Source: Asterias rubens | Taxonomy: Eukaryota | Reading direction: 5' to 3' | Assembly (NCBI RefSeq): GCF_902459465.1 | Contig: NC_047069.1 | Location: 4,588,001 to 4,652,000 of the forward strand | Length of the DNA: 64,000 nucleotides | Made by a program: the position numbers and the translations under genes | In this document: piece after piece, positions 46,693 through 59,700 of the stretch | Position numbering within the stretch: the first letter of the stretch is position 1 | Layout: each line of letters opens with the position of its first letter | The notes under the pieces: generated by a model | The model's input: only the letters and a program-made list of their open reading frames with translations | Databases searched by the model: none | What the model was told of the DNA's origin: nothing

Positions 46693-47669
46693 GCGATACC
46701 AATGTGTGAATGGGTCGGTTTATACCTGTTAAATAGATGATGCAATCGCAAGCAATGGTGTCTGAACCACTCTATCTAGGAGGAATACCGACAATGAAAG
46801 AAATTATTAGGTTCACGTGCTTGATGAGTACACACCTAGAAAGCTAACTGCTTGTCCAACGTGACACATGAAAGTGGGTTATTTATTAAATAATTATTGT
46901 AATAAATAAAAATGGTTAAATAAGGGATTTGTTATGTAATAAATGAGGCGGGCTAGTACTTTTTATTAATAATAATAAATAGGGACAACATGGTCAAATT
47001 TCTACCCGTAGTTTAAACAAGAAGTGTAAATTAAATCCTATCACTGCTGGACGCAATTATTTTTTAACATCTTGAACAAAACATCCAGTCCTCCCCTCTT
47101 GAAAAACGCCGTGGGCCTAATAACCATCCAAGCATCCAACCAAGTGACTGAAATTCCAAATTATTGACCATGGGTTTGCAATTAATCACTGAAGGTCAAA
47201 AGTGTTGTTCCCCCCCGGCCCCCTGCTCAGGAAAAGTGGACTTCGATTTTAGGTCTCACTGGTAATTTGGACCACTCTGGACACTCTGGACCAAACTCTC
47301 TATCAATAAGGGGACTAGCCTATGCACGCCAAAGAACAACAACAAAAATTAATTCATATACCACATAATTCTGTCACCCGATAAACTTATAACCGCATGA
47401 AAAATCACGGACCACGGAGACAACAGCAAATTAATTTTAACGAACGGGTCTCATGGGCCGGGGGAGCTCGCATTGGTCAGAAGTAACCTACACACGACGA
47501 CACAGCGCAGTTAGTCGTTGGTTATTTTTTAACGGTCTCCTTATATAGCGCCCCCAACGGAGGAGAAGGTCAGCCTAGACTGGTCCCCTCATTTAGCTGG
47601 TATCCGCAAATGATAAGACCATGCCCTGGTCTAGTCTGCACTTGCACTACCAATGGTTTAATTGATGCA

Positions 47670-47745
47670 ATGATTTCATTGGATAACGTGCGTGACGTAA
47701 GCTTTCCATACTGTGGTGTGATTGGTCCGAGGTGACGTAGTTTGG
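47670..47745. promoter_or_regulatory. Cluster of CCAAT-like and CRE-like motifs with no assigned gene
   Basis: CATTGG, TGACGTAA, GATTGG and GTGACGTA within about 70 bp of a CpG-enriched region. Confidence 0.3.
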
Positions 47746-48061
47746 TAGTAACTTATTACAAACTTTTTTTCGGTCGTCTGCTCTCTCCTAATAATAATAA
47801 TAATACAAGGTATTTATAAAGCGCTCTAACTAACAGGGGAAAGTACCACAGCGCTGTACACACAAAATAAACAAAGAGCAAAGAATAAACAAAGCAAGCA
47901 AATCAGTTGGCGGCATGCATGTGACGCATGCAGAGTGTGCATTACTTGACAATGTAATGTTGTTTTATGTATAAAAATTATTGGAGAACCGGTGCTTACA
48001 TCATGTAATACATCGTATAATACGTGTGGTGAAGCGCATGGAGCTGGTCGCCCTAATTTCT

Positions 48062-48226
48062 GGGGGAGACTTTGCTAGGGGCGACATTACCAGGGGGCGA
48101 CTTTGCTAGGGGGCGACATTGTTTGGGGGCGACATTGCCAGGGGGCGACTTTGTTTCAACCCGGGGCGAGCCGGGTAGGGGGGCGACTTTGTTGGTGGCG
48201 AGCTTGTCAGGTGGCGAGATGACCAG
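48062..48226 (+). repeat. G-rich ~16-bp degenerate array (GGGGGCGACWTTG...)
   Basis: About 10 units ending in GAGATGACC. Confidence 0.85.
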
Positions 48227-48736
48227 CATTCGTATTAAATTTATACTCGGTCAGTGTCACTGTCACTGTCACTTTTGTGTCAGTCAGATACTACGATACA
48301 GTAAAGTTAAAGGACTATACCCCAAAGGGCCTACTTGTAGTAGGAGGTCCTGTTTTCAAGGTGTCCTTAAAATCGTGGCAAATCTTTTACCTCTCTGTGC
48401 CCAATGTAAACAGTCCCTAGATAACAAAATTTTGGTTTTACTTGTCAAGTAAAGAGTCTCCTCTCCCTTGACCAAAACTTAGAAACATGTAAAGGCTCCA
48501 CTGGTTATTTGCACTTGTACTTGTAGGCATTTATACAGTACAAGGTACACAAATATGTCATATCCTGGTGTCATGTGTTTTCAGTAGGATAACAGGAAAA
48601 TTGTTCACAATCAAAAACTTAATGTTTTTTTATAAGTCATCTATCCAATTTGTTAACAATAACACTTGCACTTCATGGTGTGATGAAATTTTTAAAGTTT
48701 TGGTTTTATGTTGCGAGAGACAGTCCGCCATTAACA

Positions 48737-48793
48737 TAGTTGCGATAACGTAACCCTCCTGCCGTCGGCAGGAGGGTTACGTTATCGCAATTA
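48737..48793. mobile_element. 57-bp near-perfect palindrome (mini-MITE)
   Basis: Two 28-bp arms with one mismatch and a 1-nt spacer. Confidence 0.85.
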
Positions 48794-49204
48794 CCATTAA
48801 CAGTGCTTATGCATGCACGACATTGGAGCAACGTTATATGTTTTCACACCTTTCATTGGTTGGTATTTTATTCAATATTCCGAAGCTAGTATGGCGTGCA
48901 AAATAAATCAAAAAATTATTCAATTACTACTTAACAAATTTAATTACATTTTTGTCCCAAGGCATTGTGGCTACTATAATTAGAATCAAGAGATATCATA
49001 AGGCATGATAGTAAAACACCCCACCCCCCTTAAAACACACACACTTCATAACAATCCGTTTTCCCCCATTTTTTGCCCAGTAATGTTTTGTTTCAGGAGA
49101 TAAGAAACCAATCTATGATATATTCTCTTTAATATAGACGTGATATTTTTTACGCTTATGGGAATTAATTACAGTATGCAGTTAATAAAAAAAAAATTAA
49201 AAAA

Positions 49205-49490
49205 TTCACTCATATTGGCAAACCATAGAATCCCAAATAGTAACCACCTCAAGTGATCCATCTAGTGACTACAACAGAATGAAACTCAATCTTGCAGATA
49301 GTAATTTTGTTTTGAACTTTCGAGGTTGGATGATGTTTCTTTGACTCATTTGAATGTTGGCAAAATAATGCACTAGTGATTTGTACCAAAAATCAATCAT
49401 TTTTTAAATATTTGGGCATAACCAACGTCAGGAAACTTTATTCTCATTATGATTAAGCCTGATAAAAATACAGACCGTGAGTAAACTGCA
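49205..49490. repeat. Dispersed repeat, inverted copy at about 54520-54790
   Basis: For example GGTTGGATGATGTTTCTTTGA vs TCAAAGAAACATCATCCAACC, and TGATTAAGCCTGAT vs ATCAGGCTTAATCA. Confidence 0.75.
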
Positions 49491-50373
49491 TAGCTTCTGC
49501 AACCAGTGCAGCTTGCACAATCTCGCGGTAAACGGTAATCAAAGTTGGGGGTTTGAAAACATGAGGGTCGATATCGTATGACGCTACGATAATGTTGAGG
49601 CCATATACAAAAAATTCTCACCGAAAAAAATGTCATCAAACATTATTTCAATTCACAATTCATCAAATCATGTGCCTGAACATTCTGCTGAGCATTCTGG
49701 AAAAAAAATACAGAGGCTTAAAGAAGCCATGTGCCTTATATTATTTTCTAATATTTTTGTAGATTTTTTGTTTAACCCTCATAATATCAATATTATTATA
49801 AATATTAAAATTTAGACATCAACTTGGTGATTCAATTATCACTTTTTATTTATATGCTTTATTATAAATATTAAGGGGAAAAATATATATTTTAAAAATT
49901 AATAAAAATCAGATCTGAAAGCCAATAATTATTCACACTTTTTATTTTATTTTTTCTATTTTATTTTTTATTTTTTGCAATTTAATTACCATGGTAATTT
50001 TTTAAAATTCCTAAAAACGGTGGACATGTGACAACACTCTCAAACAGTCCATTTGGCATCCAGTAGCCTTCATAGCTGATTGGCTGGGTGTGGTTTAAGT
50101 ACCATGGTTACCGCCTTCTGATTGGTTAAGGCACCCAGCTGGAAATGCAACTCCAACCCAGGGTTGTCTTTGCGGAAATGCGCGGAAACAAGAGGGGGTT
50201 TTCCCGTTATTTTCTCCCGACTCCGAGGACCGATTGAGCCTAAATTTTCACAGGTTTGTTGTTTTATATATAAGTTGTGATACACGAAGTGTGGGACTTG
50301 GACAATACTGTTTACCGAAAGTGTATAATAGCTTTAAAGAGCAGTGAAAGAATTAACATCAAGTTCATTTTCT

Positions 50374-50595
50374 TCAGCCAACTGGTTTACTGATGTGTTC
50401 TTCCTTTTTGCTCCTTTTGTAATCATGTTTAAACCACTCCTTTGGGAGTGGCCTTACAGTGGTAATGTTAGATATGGGAAACTTATCAACATTTCTTGTC
50501 ATCAGACAACTGCTTGCCAATGAATGTTGGGGAACTTGGAGTCCATTGTCGTTGGCCTCTGCACAGTCCTCCGTGGTACTACAGGTGTTATACAT
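50374..50595 (-). other. 73-aa ATG ORF behind a splice-acceptor-like site; possible small gene, pseudo-exon or lncRNA exon
   Basis: True ATG at 50595 and an acceptor-like CATACAG near 50683. The same frame extends upstream past a single TAG. Confidence 0.25.
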
Positions 50596-52589
50596 ATACA
50601 GCTAGTCACAGCAGTAGGTGCTCTCTAGTCTGGGTGGTCCTTGTCTGGAGAGTACCCCCACTTCTCTGTACTTCTCTGTATGATAAGTTAACAATTGTGT
50701 AACTTTTGGTCTGTTTTTCATCAGTTGTTGTTTGGGTTATTTCTGTACTGGGCTGCTATTAATCAACTCGGCCACAACTTTTCTTTTTGTCATTATGGAT
50801 GCTTATGTTTTAAAAATCTTTAAAAGTCATTAAAACAAAATATTATTAACTTTCAACAATGTTGTTTAAACGTCTGTAATACATGATGGGATGTGCTGTT
50901 GTTGTTTTTTTGTTGCTGCTATTATTTGCTGTTTTAGCCAAAAATGCTATTGAGTGATTTTGTTTGTAAGGAAATGTTAGTTTAAAACCATGTTTCAACC
51001 AACATATCAAAAATGAAATTCATGTTTTAAATTGATATTATTTGCTGCATTTTAATTTCACTGCACACTATCTAAATAGAAATTCCAACATACAAAATCA
51101 CATTCATAATTTGGTTGGAAGTTGTTTTTATTTTGAATGGAACAAGAATTTGACATTTTTTAATTTTTTAAAGTCATTGCAATTTTGGTAATATTCTTTA
51201 AAACTGGGGGATCGTTTATTGACAACCTTTCATGGACTGAACACTTTTAGGTTGGGGCAATGTGACACTCCTTTGTGCTGATCACCATTAGTGATTCTAA
51301 CCCAAACAGAGTAATATTTTGGCCTCTGTGGTCACCATTATTGTACATAGTTTTGGACACAAATAAATGGAGCCTTGACTCTTCAAGACAAAGGAAATTA
51401 ATGTTTGGACAGTGTTATTGCAATTGAAATGTGATCTGCTTCAAATTATCTCTAAGGTTGTGGAGTACAACTTCAGGATGCAAAGCCCGGACATCATTTG
51501 AGAGCACTTGTACCAAAGCCTAGATATCCGACCAAACACTCATGCCTCACAGTATGCATTAAGATACGCATCATTAATTTACTATGAGTGGATGACTAAA
51601 AATTATTTAACGTCACTCAAATTGAGCAATGATTTTGATTAAATGACTAATCATTAAAAAGCAGCACACAAAGGCCTTACAGGAATCTCAAAGCGCTCAT
51701 TATTCTTACGAGTAAAAGAGCCATGTTTGAACTTTTATATTATAGAACTGGGCCAAGGTCTTCAAGCAGAATTAGAGCAAAATATCTGATAGTGTGTTTA
51801 GATATTCTCCATATCATTATAAGCTTTTTCCCTCGTAGGATTGTACAATTTTTGAACCCCCCCCCCCCCCAAAGATAAATAAATAAATAAATAAGTCCCC
51901 CTTTTCGGTTTTAGTGAGTTTTACCCTTGGCTGTGCTTTTGCAAGGTTCTAGCTAAAGGCCCATAGAAATCGAAAACATTCAAGATAAACTAGTAGCAAA
52001 TCCTGTGATGTTTTACCCATCCGGCAAAAACACTAGGGGTGCAGGGACGGCTGGGACAATGTTTCTATAGTGTGGGATAATTTAATTTTACTTATTTTAG
52101 CGAGTATAGTAATTATTCCACAATCCTTTGAATATCTCTATTTAGAGGGGTGCATGCAGCCAACTATTATAAAAACTCCCTTTTTCACGAAATGCTAAAT
52201 ATTCAAAAATACATGAAAATATTAGTGAAGTCTCACAGCTTTTTACACTAAAGGGAAAAGTAATCATTGACTTGAACTTTAATCAGTGCTCAATTTAATT
52301 TGGGAGTCCCGGACTAGACGGGAGCCTGTCGTTTGAATCCCCCCCCCCCCCTCCAAGTCAAAACAGTTTTCCAAGATTATCTGAGCAATAATTTTTTCAA
52401 ATGTCTCTGCTCTGAGTAAACAGGACCGTATCTATCATCCATCAAGTTGGATGTCGACAACCCCAGGTCACAATATTATTACCAATTAGCCCAGAAACCT
52501 TTTTTGGGGGGGTCTTAAGTCAGTCTAGCGCCCTCAAGGAGTGACCAATTTTTGAATACTGTTTTGTAAATTTACAACCTTGTGCATTG

Positions 52590-52868
52590 TCACGGGCGCA
52601 CTTCGCTCGTCCCCATCAATTCGATAACCGTAGGGCGCACAGGTACACACGAGCGCGATACCCGTGCCGTGGGAGCGACACTGACAAACGACTTGCGCCG
52701 ATTTTGAACTGACAACTGCGCTCTACTAACTACGCCTAAAGTCAGAAGAAGATGTGGACCGAAAATAGAGTTAAATGTACGCAAATGTTGAAAGTATTAT
52801 CACACATTTTGGGCTTATAACTTATACAACAGTGCTGAATATCTTTAAAGTAGGAATAACCCTCATTG
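52590..52868 (+). promoter_or_regulatory. CpG-rich promoter and putative 5' UTR exon of the NuMA-like gene
   Basis: CpG-dense 52590-52740, donor TTG|GTGAGT at 52868/52869, and acceptor TAAAG before the ATG exon. Confidence 0.5.
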
Positions 52869-52979
52869 GTGAGTGTTTTTAACAAAACTTTGACGAGGCA
52901 GACTTGGCTGCCCTGCCGGCCGGCTGTCGTGTTTAGAATTAGATTTCTAGAATTAGAATCAACATGATCAACAACTTGT

Positions 52980-53042
52980 TAGTTGCGATAACGTTTAACC
53001 CTCCTGCCGAAAGCCGTCCGGAGGGTTACGTTATCACAACTA
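52980..53042. mobile_element. Mini palindromic element
   Basis: TAGTTGCGATAACG...CGTTATCACAACTA. Confidence 0.85.
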
Positions 53043-53050
53043 CAGCTACA

Positions 53051-53099
53051 CTACACGGTACCACCAGGTACAGGACTACACGGTACCACCAGGTACAGG
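53051..53099 (+). repeat. 25-bp tandem duplication
   Basis: CTACACGGTACCACCAGGTACAGG x2. Confidence 0.9.
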
Positions 53100-53175
53100 T
53101 TTAAATTAAATCATACATCAAGTGAGGCATATGATGAGATGACATCAGCATCAGATCAGGTAAAAAACCTGCTGT

Positions 53176-53253
53176 TAGTTGCGATAACGTAACCCTCCTG
53201 CCGACGGCGTAGCCGGAGGCGTCGTCGGCAGGAGGGTTACGTTATCGCAACTA
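53176..53253. mobile_element. 78-bp mini palindromic element, longest copy
   Basis: Perfect 28-bp TIRs around a 22-nt spacer. Confidence 0.9.
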
Positions 53254-53285
53254 ACCTGCTGTGTGGTTTGTTTATTTCCAGGCAG

Positions 53286-53535
53286 AAAACACCCTTGTCA
53301 CACGAAGTTGTGTGCGTTTAGATGGTTTATTTCGAGACCTCAAGTTCTAAACTTGAGGTCTCGAAATCAAATTCGTGGAAAATTACTTCTTTCTCCAAAA
53401 CTATGGCACTTCAGAGGGAGCTGTTTCTCACAATGTTTTATACCACCAACCTCTCCCCATTACTTGTCACCAAGAAAGGTTTTATGCTAATAATTATTGT
53501 GAGTAATTACCAATACAATAGTGTCCACTGCCTTT
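53286..53535. mobile_element. Partial ~380-bp family MITE
   Basis: Right two-thirds, ending CAATAGTGTCCACTGCCTTT. Confidence 0.85.
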
Positions 53536-53755
53536 AACCGAGCTAACTCATTATAACTATAACTGCAAGTGCAACACTCACTTTTTTCCTCGACTAGCCA
53601 TGCTACATTGCTAGCCCAAACAAATTTCACTAGCCTGTCACGGCGTTAGAGAATTTAATCAGTTAATTACTTGCTATTAAATGACGAAACCCAAACACTA
53701 CCTATTTTTGTGAACAAAAACTAAACGTCTGTTGTTTTGTCTGTAAAGAAGCGGA

Positions 53756-56700
53756 ATGGATCACGGAAAGTTGAAGAGCCTGGCTCATTGGGTAAGTCAA
53801 ATATTGTTTTTCATGACAAGGTTTTTAAAACTGAGTAGTGTGATATTAGTTAAGTTTTTTTAAATGCAATCTTAAGTAAGACTTTCATTTTAACAGATTT
53901 GTAATGTTGACTTAATGTGCAAAAATTATGCCCCCCTCCCCAAAAAGAAAAAAAATCACAGATGCAGTTATTATTATTTTTCCAATCTGTCAAATACATG
54001 TATGTGATACACAAGACAAGGCACAATTATAGCACCATCAGATGTGCCAACAATTTAACAAATGAAAAAAATACGCTCCAAGCAAATAAAACAAAACGGA
54101 TAATTGCTCACAAGTTTTGCTATTGATCATTGAAGATTATTTGTATATTAGTTAAAGAAACAAATTTGTTTTGTCCCAATAGGTGAACTCTGTGGGAGTG
54201 GGCAACTGTGTGGAGTCCCTACAACAGCTTCAGGATGGAGCTCACTTTATCAGTATCGTCAAAATCATGTAAGTTTCAGTAAGTAATCATGTAATGTTCA
54301 GTAAACGACTAATTTTGAATTTCCAAGATGCATTGCAGCATATTGTTTGACGCAGGAGCAGTAGTAACTCATGCTGAAAGGATTGAAGGATTGTGTCACT
54401 GATGTATGATTGTGTTTCGTAAGTAAATTATGTTGTTGTGAGTAGTCATGAGCGACATAATTGGTTCACCAAGCAGGAAGTTGCGACCTTTTTTGTAGTG
54501 GTTGTGGCGGCACGATTTCACAGTCTGTATTTTCATCAGGCTTAATCATGCTGAGAATAAAGTTTCCTGTCGTAGGTTATGCCCAAACATTTATAAAATG
54601 ATTAATTTTTAGCATAAATTACTGCATTATTATGCCAACAATCAAATGATTCAAAGAAACATCATCCAACCTCTAAATTTCAAAACAAAATTATTATCTG
54701 CTAGATTGAGTTTCATTCTCCTTTAGTCACTAGATTGATCACGTGATGTGGTTGCTATTTGTGGCTCTATGGTGTGGCAATATGGGTGAAAAAAATAAAA
54801 TATTTCAAATGAAAATAAAAACGACAAAATTTATGATTATTGAGGAATCGATAGTCACAATTTTTCACTAGTTGCACTAGTCGCACAGGCTTACCAATGT
54901 TTAATGATAATTATATTGTATGTGCCTCCTTGTAGTATGCAGTAGTTTACAGACAAAGTTGAAACCATTTCAAAACTATCAAAACTAGATGGCAGACTTC
55001 CTGCTAACTAGGTCACTTGACTAGCCCTAATTAATTGGGAAGTTTGGACGATTTTGCAGGTAGATTCAACTGGTTAACCCATTTAAAACCAAAAACATTG
55101 AAACAAAAACAAAAATTGAAATCCAATTTCAATTTTAATTAGTGGTTAAAAGAAGCTAACAGTTTACAAAAAGTGATGGGGGCAGAATGGCTTCATTTAC
55201 ACTGTATGTGGGTGTAATATGTATTCATTTGTATTCATACACCAGTGTTTTTTGTTTTTGTGACTTCAAAGACTGGGTATACACGTAGTGTGTCTATTTG
55301 AAATCTTGATCCATCCTGAAAAAATGAAATCTGCTCCTTTTACATGTTGGCTGATTGACTGGAATAGGTTAAACAGTCAGTTTCTTTTTTGTTTCCCTTT
55401 TATTTCTCACAGCAATGGGGACAGTGGAACCCAGTTTTGTGACCAGCCTAAGCAGAGGTTTCGATTGATAACATCATTCCTACAGGGTGAGACTGAGTTC
55501 AAAATTCTCTTTGGCCAAATGTATACAGTTATTCTTCCTCGTACTGTCTCCATTCTTCTGTAGGTGGACATCCCAAAATCCAAAATCTTGCTTCTGAAAA
55601 TTTCAGGCTTGTGATCAAGCTTTTTCTGTCTCTGTCTCTTGACTTCAAGATCTAATGATGATCAATCAATAAAAGCAAGCCTTAAATAACAAAAAATCTC
55701 CTTTGATACAGAATTTTATCGGATTTCACTGGAACGGCATTTGGACCACGCCAAAATCCTCCAGCATGCCGACATTTCAGAGCTGGCCAAGGTTGCGGCG
55801 TTGTTGCTGTGCGCTGCCATTCAGGGACCCAAGTTGGAATTCTTTGTGGACGCCATCACCAAGCTGGACATTGCAGTACAGACCCACCTCAAGGAGATTA
55901 TTGAGGCAATTGTAGCAAGAGGAAGTGGCAGTCAGCTCCATACCAACTTTGACAGGGTCCTCTACAAGAAATGTAAGAATGTAACTATTTTCTAGTACAA
56001 TGGATACGATCATGTAAATCTCAGACAACCTACCTTTTAACAACTGCATAGTTTAATGCTGCTCGTTCCCCAAAAGTTGTTTCTTGATTGCATTTCTCTA
56101 TGCCTTCAATTGTTTGTTTTGGCCCCTTGAGAAATTGTAATCAAATAGCCCTGAAAAGCCTGTCCAATGTTTTTGTTTCTTTACCATCTCAGTTTCGGAT
56201 AAGGTTTGAATTGATACTACTATGCCTGTCCATATGTGGGCGTCGTTGATAGATAGCGGCTGTGATGGCCGGGGCTTAATGATCTGGCTCTGGCTATCCT
56301 GACGCTTTTTTTTCATCCGACACAATCCGTGGACATACTTCTTGCGAATGTGATAGGAATTTTGACGTCACATGGCTGGGTTTTTTTGCAAAGAATGTTT
56401 TGCAGGAGTTCAGCATAAGTCAACTGATGCTAATTGTTCGTTTCAAATTTGTGGCGTCAAAATTTGTATCGCATTCGCAGGAAGTATGAACCGGGCTTCC
56501 CTTTTTTTATGGGCAGGTGTGATTAAGTTTTTCTATTGAAATTGCTTGTTGAATTTGTTTGTGTGTCTGATTTATCTACAGTGAATGAAGAAGTGAGCAC
56601 ATCATCTCCCATGGAGCCCTGCACTCCAATGTTGACTGGCTGCAAAACACCACTGTCTGCTGCTGGATTCTCCCCAGTCAAGGCTCTTTTCAGCACACCT

Positions 56701-59700
56701 AATATGGTATCAAAGGTAAGGAGTAAATCAATAAATAAATCAAATGAAATTTGTAACATTTCCAATAAATGAAGGTATAGTGGAGAAACAGTTATTATAT
56801 GCAAAGTCACTGTTTAGTGTTACAATTTGAACTTTTGTCGATTTCCATAACTGACTTTGATAATTGTCTACTTGAATTGTTTCATAATGACAAATAACAA
56901 TGGATTGTACTCATTTAAATATACTCTTATAACAAACATAAGTGGATTAGGTTTTACTTTTTATCCTGAGTTTCTTAGAAACTATATTGCTGCTAGATAT
57001 ATGGTTTACATGAAAAAGCAATTGCCTTGTTCAGAAAAGTTCTGACACAGTCAGAGCCTATTTTCATGGTTTTACATTATACCATAGTCAACACCGATGG
57101 TAGCAGAAAAATTCATGCTTAGAGTAAGCACATTTCACTGGTTAGCAAGGAAGTTTTTTTGTGCATGTGGGTATTCCACGCTGCTCAAGAAATTAGGCAT
57201 AACCATCAGCACAGAATTTCGCAGTAGAGCAAAGCTACATGGTTTGGTTGCTTTTCTCTAATGTGAATGCGATACGCATTTTGACGCACAACTTTGCAAC
57301 AGTTGCAACTACAGTGAAACATTTGCTGTGGAAACAACCATGTGATTTCAAAATTCAATTCGCATTCGCAGGAAGTAGGAACCGGGCTTCATTATTCCTC
57401 CATGCAAAAATCAAAAGTCTACACTCATAAAACGTTTGCAGTTTAAATGTTTTACGTTCTGCCTTGGACAGAATTACAATTTTGTTTGTACAACTTATTC
57501 TCAGATCAAAAATCGCCAAATGCATGATAAAGTTAGAGCGCTGGAGTCAAGCATGGCTAGGGAGAAGGATCTTAGACTGGATCTAGAAGCAGAAATCGTT
57601 GAGAAGAATTCCGCCATTGATGAGAGGGGTAAGTGAAAGACAAAGTTTCTTATTTTTAAAGCTTGCCAAATTTCATATTTTTTTTTCTCTCGAAGAGGAT
57701 CCAGGTGTTTGGAGAGGGATTAACAAGCCATAAAACAAACTGGGGATAAAAGTCTACTAAGTACATTGGTTGTGTTCCTCGTGTGTTACTCGTGTTAGCG
57801 ACAGTATATCTCCTATGCCCAAGTGTGACTAGAATATGACAAGCGTCAGTAAGCAAGCGTATACTCCCAGTCAAACCGAGAGTAACCTCTTACACCCGTG
57901 AGATTAAACATGGGGTGGGGGGGGCACAAGAGTTTTTCTTCTTGTTTATTTATCAACACAGCAGCCTTTTTGATGTTGTGTACATGCACAAAAACAACAA
58001 AGTTTGTTCCTGCCCTTTGTGCGATGAAACTGTAGAGTATTGCGCACACGGTATTTTTCTTCACACAGGAGTAGCGAGAGTAACACACGTAAATGCAACC
58101 GTTGTACCTTGCAAAACACTGAGGTAACCCTATGGTTGAACCCCGCTGTATTTTGTGCATTCCTCCCTTTATAGCCATTAAACACCAACCGATTTAAGAG
58201 TGAGATTTTATGTTTTTGCCTCTTGAATACTGACTGTCATTGAAATATATTTTTTTTAAATGACTTTAAAGAAACCTTGGCCTCTTCACGAGTCATAAAT
58301 TATGTGAATAGCATCAGTAAGAATCACACACAAAAAACTTCCTCTGGTTTTTGTTTTCAGATGCCAAAGTGAAAGAATTGACGCAGCGTGTATCTGCCAT
58401 GAGGGACCTGGTGGGCAAAGTTAATACAATGCAAACATCACATGACCAACTGCAAGCAAGTCAATTACAAGTAGCAAGGTATGTATAAGTATGCACACAG
58501 GACTCAAGTAAAAAAGGAAAAATCGCTGAACCATCACACTGTGTTGGAACTAGAAATGCAACGTTAGTTTTTTCTCAATAGGTCAGGAGCTCATGTATGA
58601 CGATGTATAGAAATGTCACTTTTAGATGTGGGAGTAAGGCCCCCCCCCCTTCCCCTTAAACAGGGAAAACCTAAGCAGTCACGTAGGGACTGAAACCTCA
58701 GTCCACATGGTCCAAGGTGGGATTGAACCGTGCACTGAGCCAACTGAATGCACTTGTAAATGGGACCTTTTACCTAAGGGATGAGATGATAGCTTATAAC
58801 ATGATTTTAAAATACTAAAGCCTTCAAGTTCAGAAAGTTCTAGAACTGTTTTGATGGTGCCTGACAATCTGGCACAATTATTTAAGCACTTTAATGGTTT
58901 TTCTTGTTAGCAGCAGCAGTAGTACAAGTCTTCACCATTACTATTTTTTTCATTTGCAAACAAACTTGTCATTCCCAGTTTGTTTATCCGGTTTGGTTTT
59001 TTCTTCCCTAAAAAGTAGTTACCTGTCTCGCTATATTTTTGTATGCCTATCGTAGATTGGAGAAGAGGCTGGCTGAAATGGAACCAATCCGCTCCGAAAA
59101 TAAAACGCTGGAGTGTCAGGTCGAGAGGGTAGTCAACGAAAACAATGAACTTCTGGCTAAGGTATGTCATTTGATAATATACTTAAACCCTTTGACTGAT
59201 ATTGATGTGTTTCATTAGTTTGCTTTTTTTATTTAGTAAAACCTTGATTCAAACCAGTGGTTGTAAATCTTTTCCAGGGTTGTGTCTTGTGCAGAATTGT
59301 TTTCATTTCAGAAAAATGGAGGCATTTTCAAATGTTTTCTTTTTGTGGTCAATAATCAGATGCGGGACTATCAAGCGCTGAAGGAGAAAAGCAACCACCG
59401 TAAATCCATCGCAACGGAATCACAAATGAATCTGCGAGAATATCAGGACAAAGTTCTTCAGATGAAAAAGGAAAAAGAGCTTATGTTGGCCGCCCTCAAA
59501 GAGCGAGAAGCAGAGCTGGTCCAGCTGAAGGAAATCGGCACTGAGCGCCAAGAGGTGATAAAAGAACTTGAGGAGAAGCTGCAGCAACAACCAGTCTGGC
59601 AACAACCTGGTAAAAATATACATTTTGACACTCCCTCAGGGCCTGGAATTTCATCTTTGAGAGGGCAAAGCCATTCTTATTTTGCAAAGGGCACTTGCAT

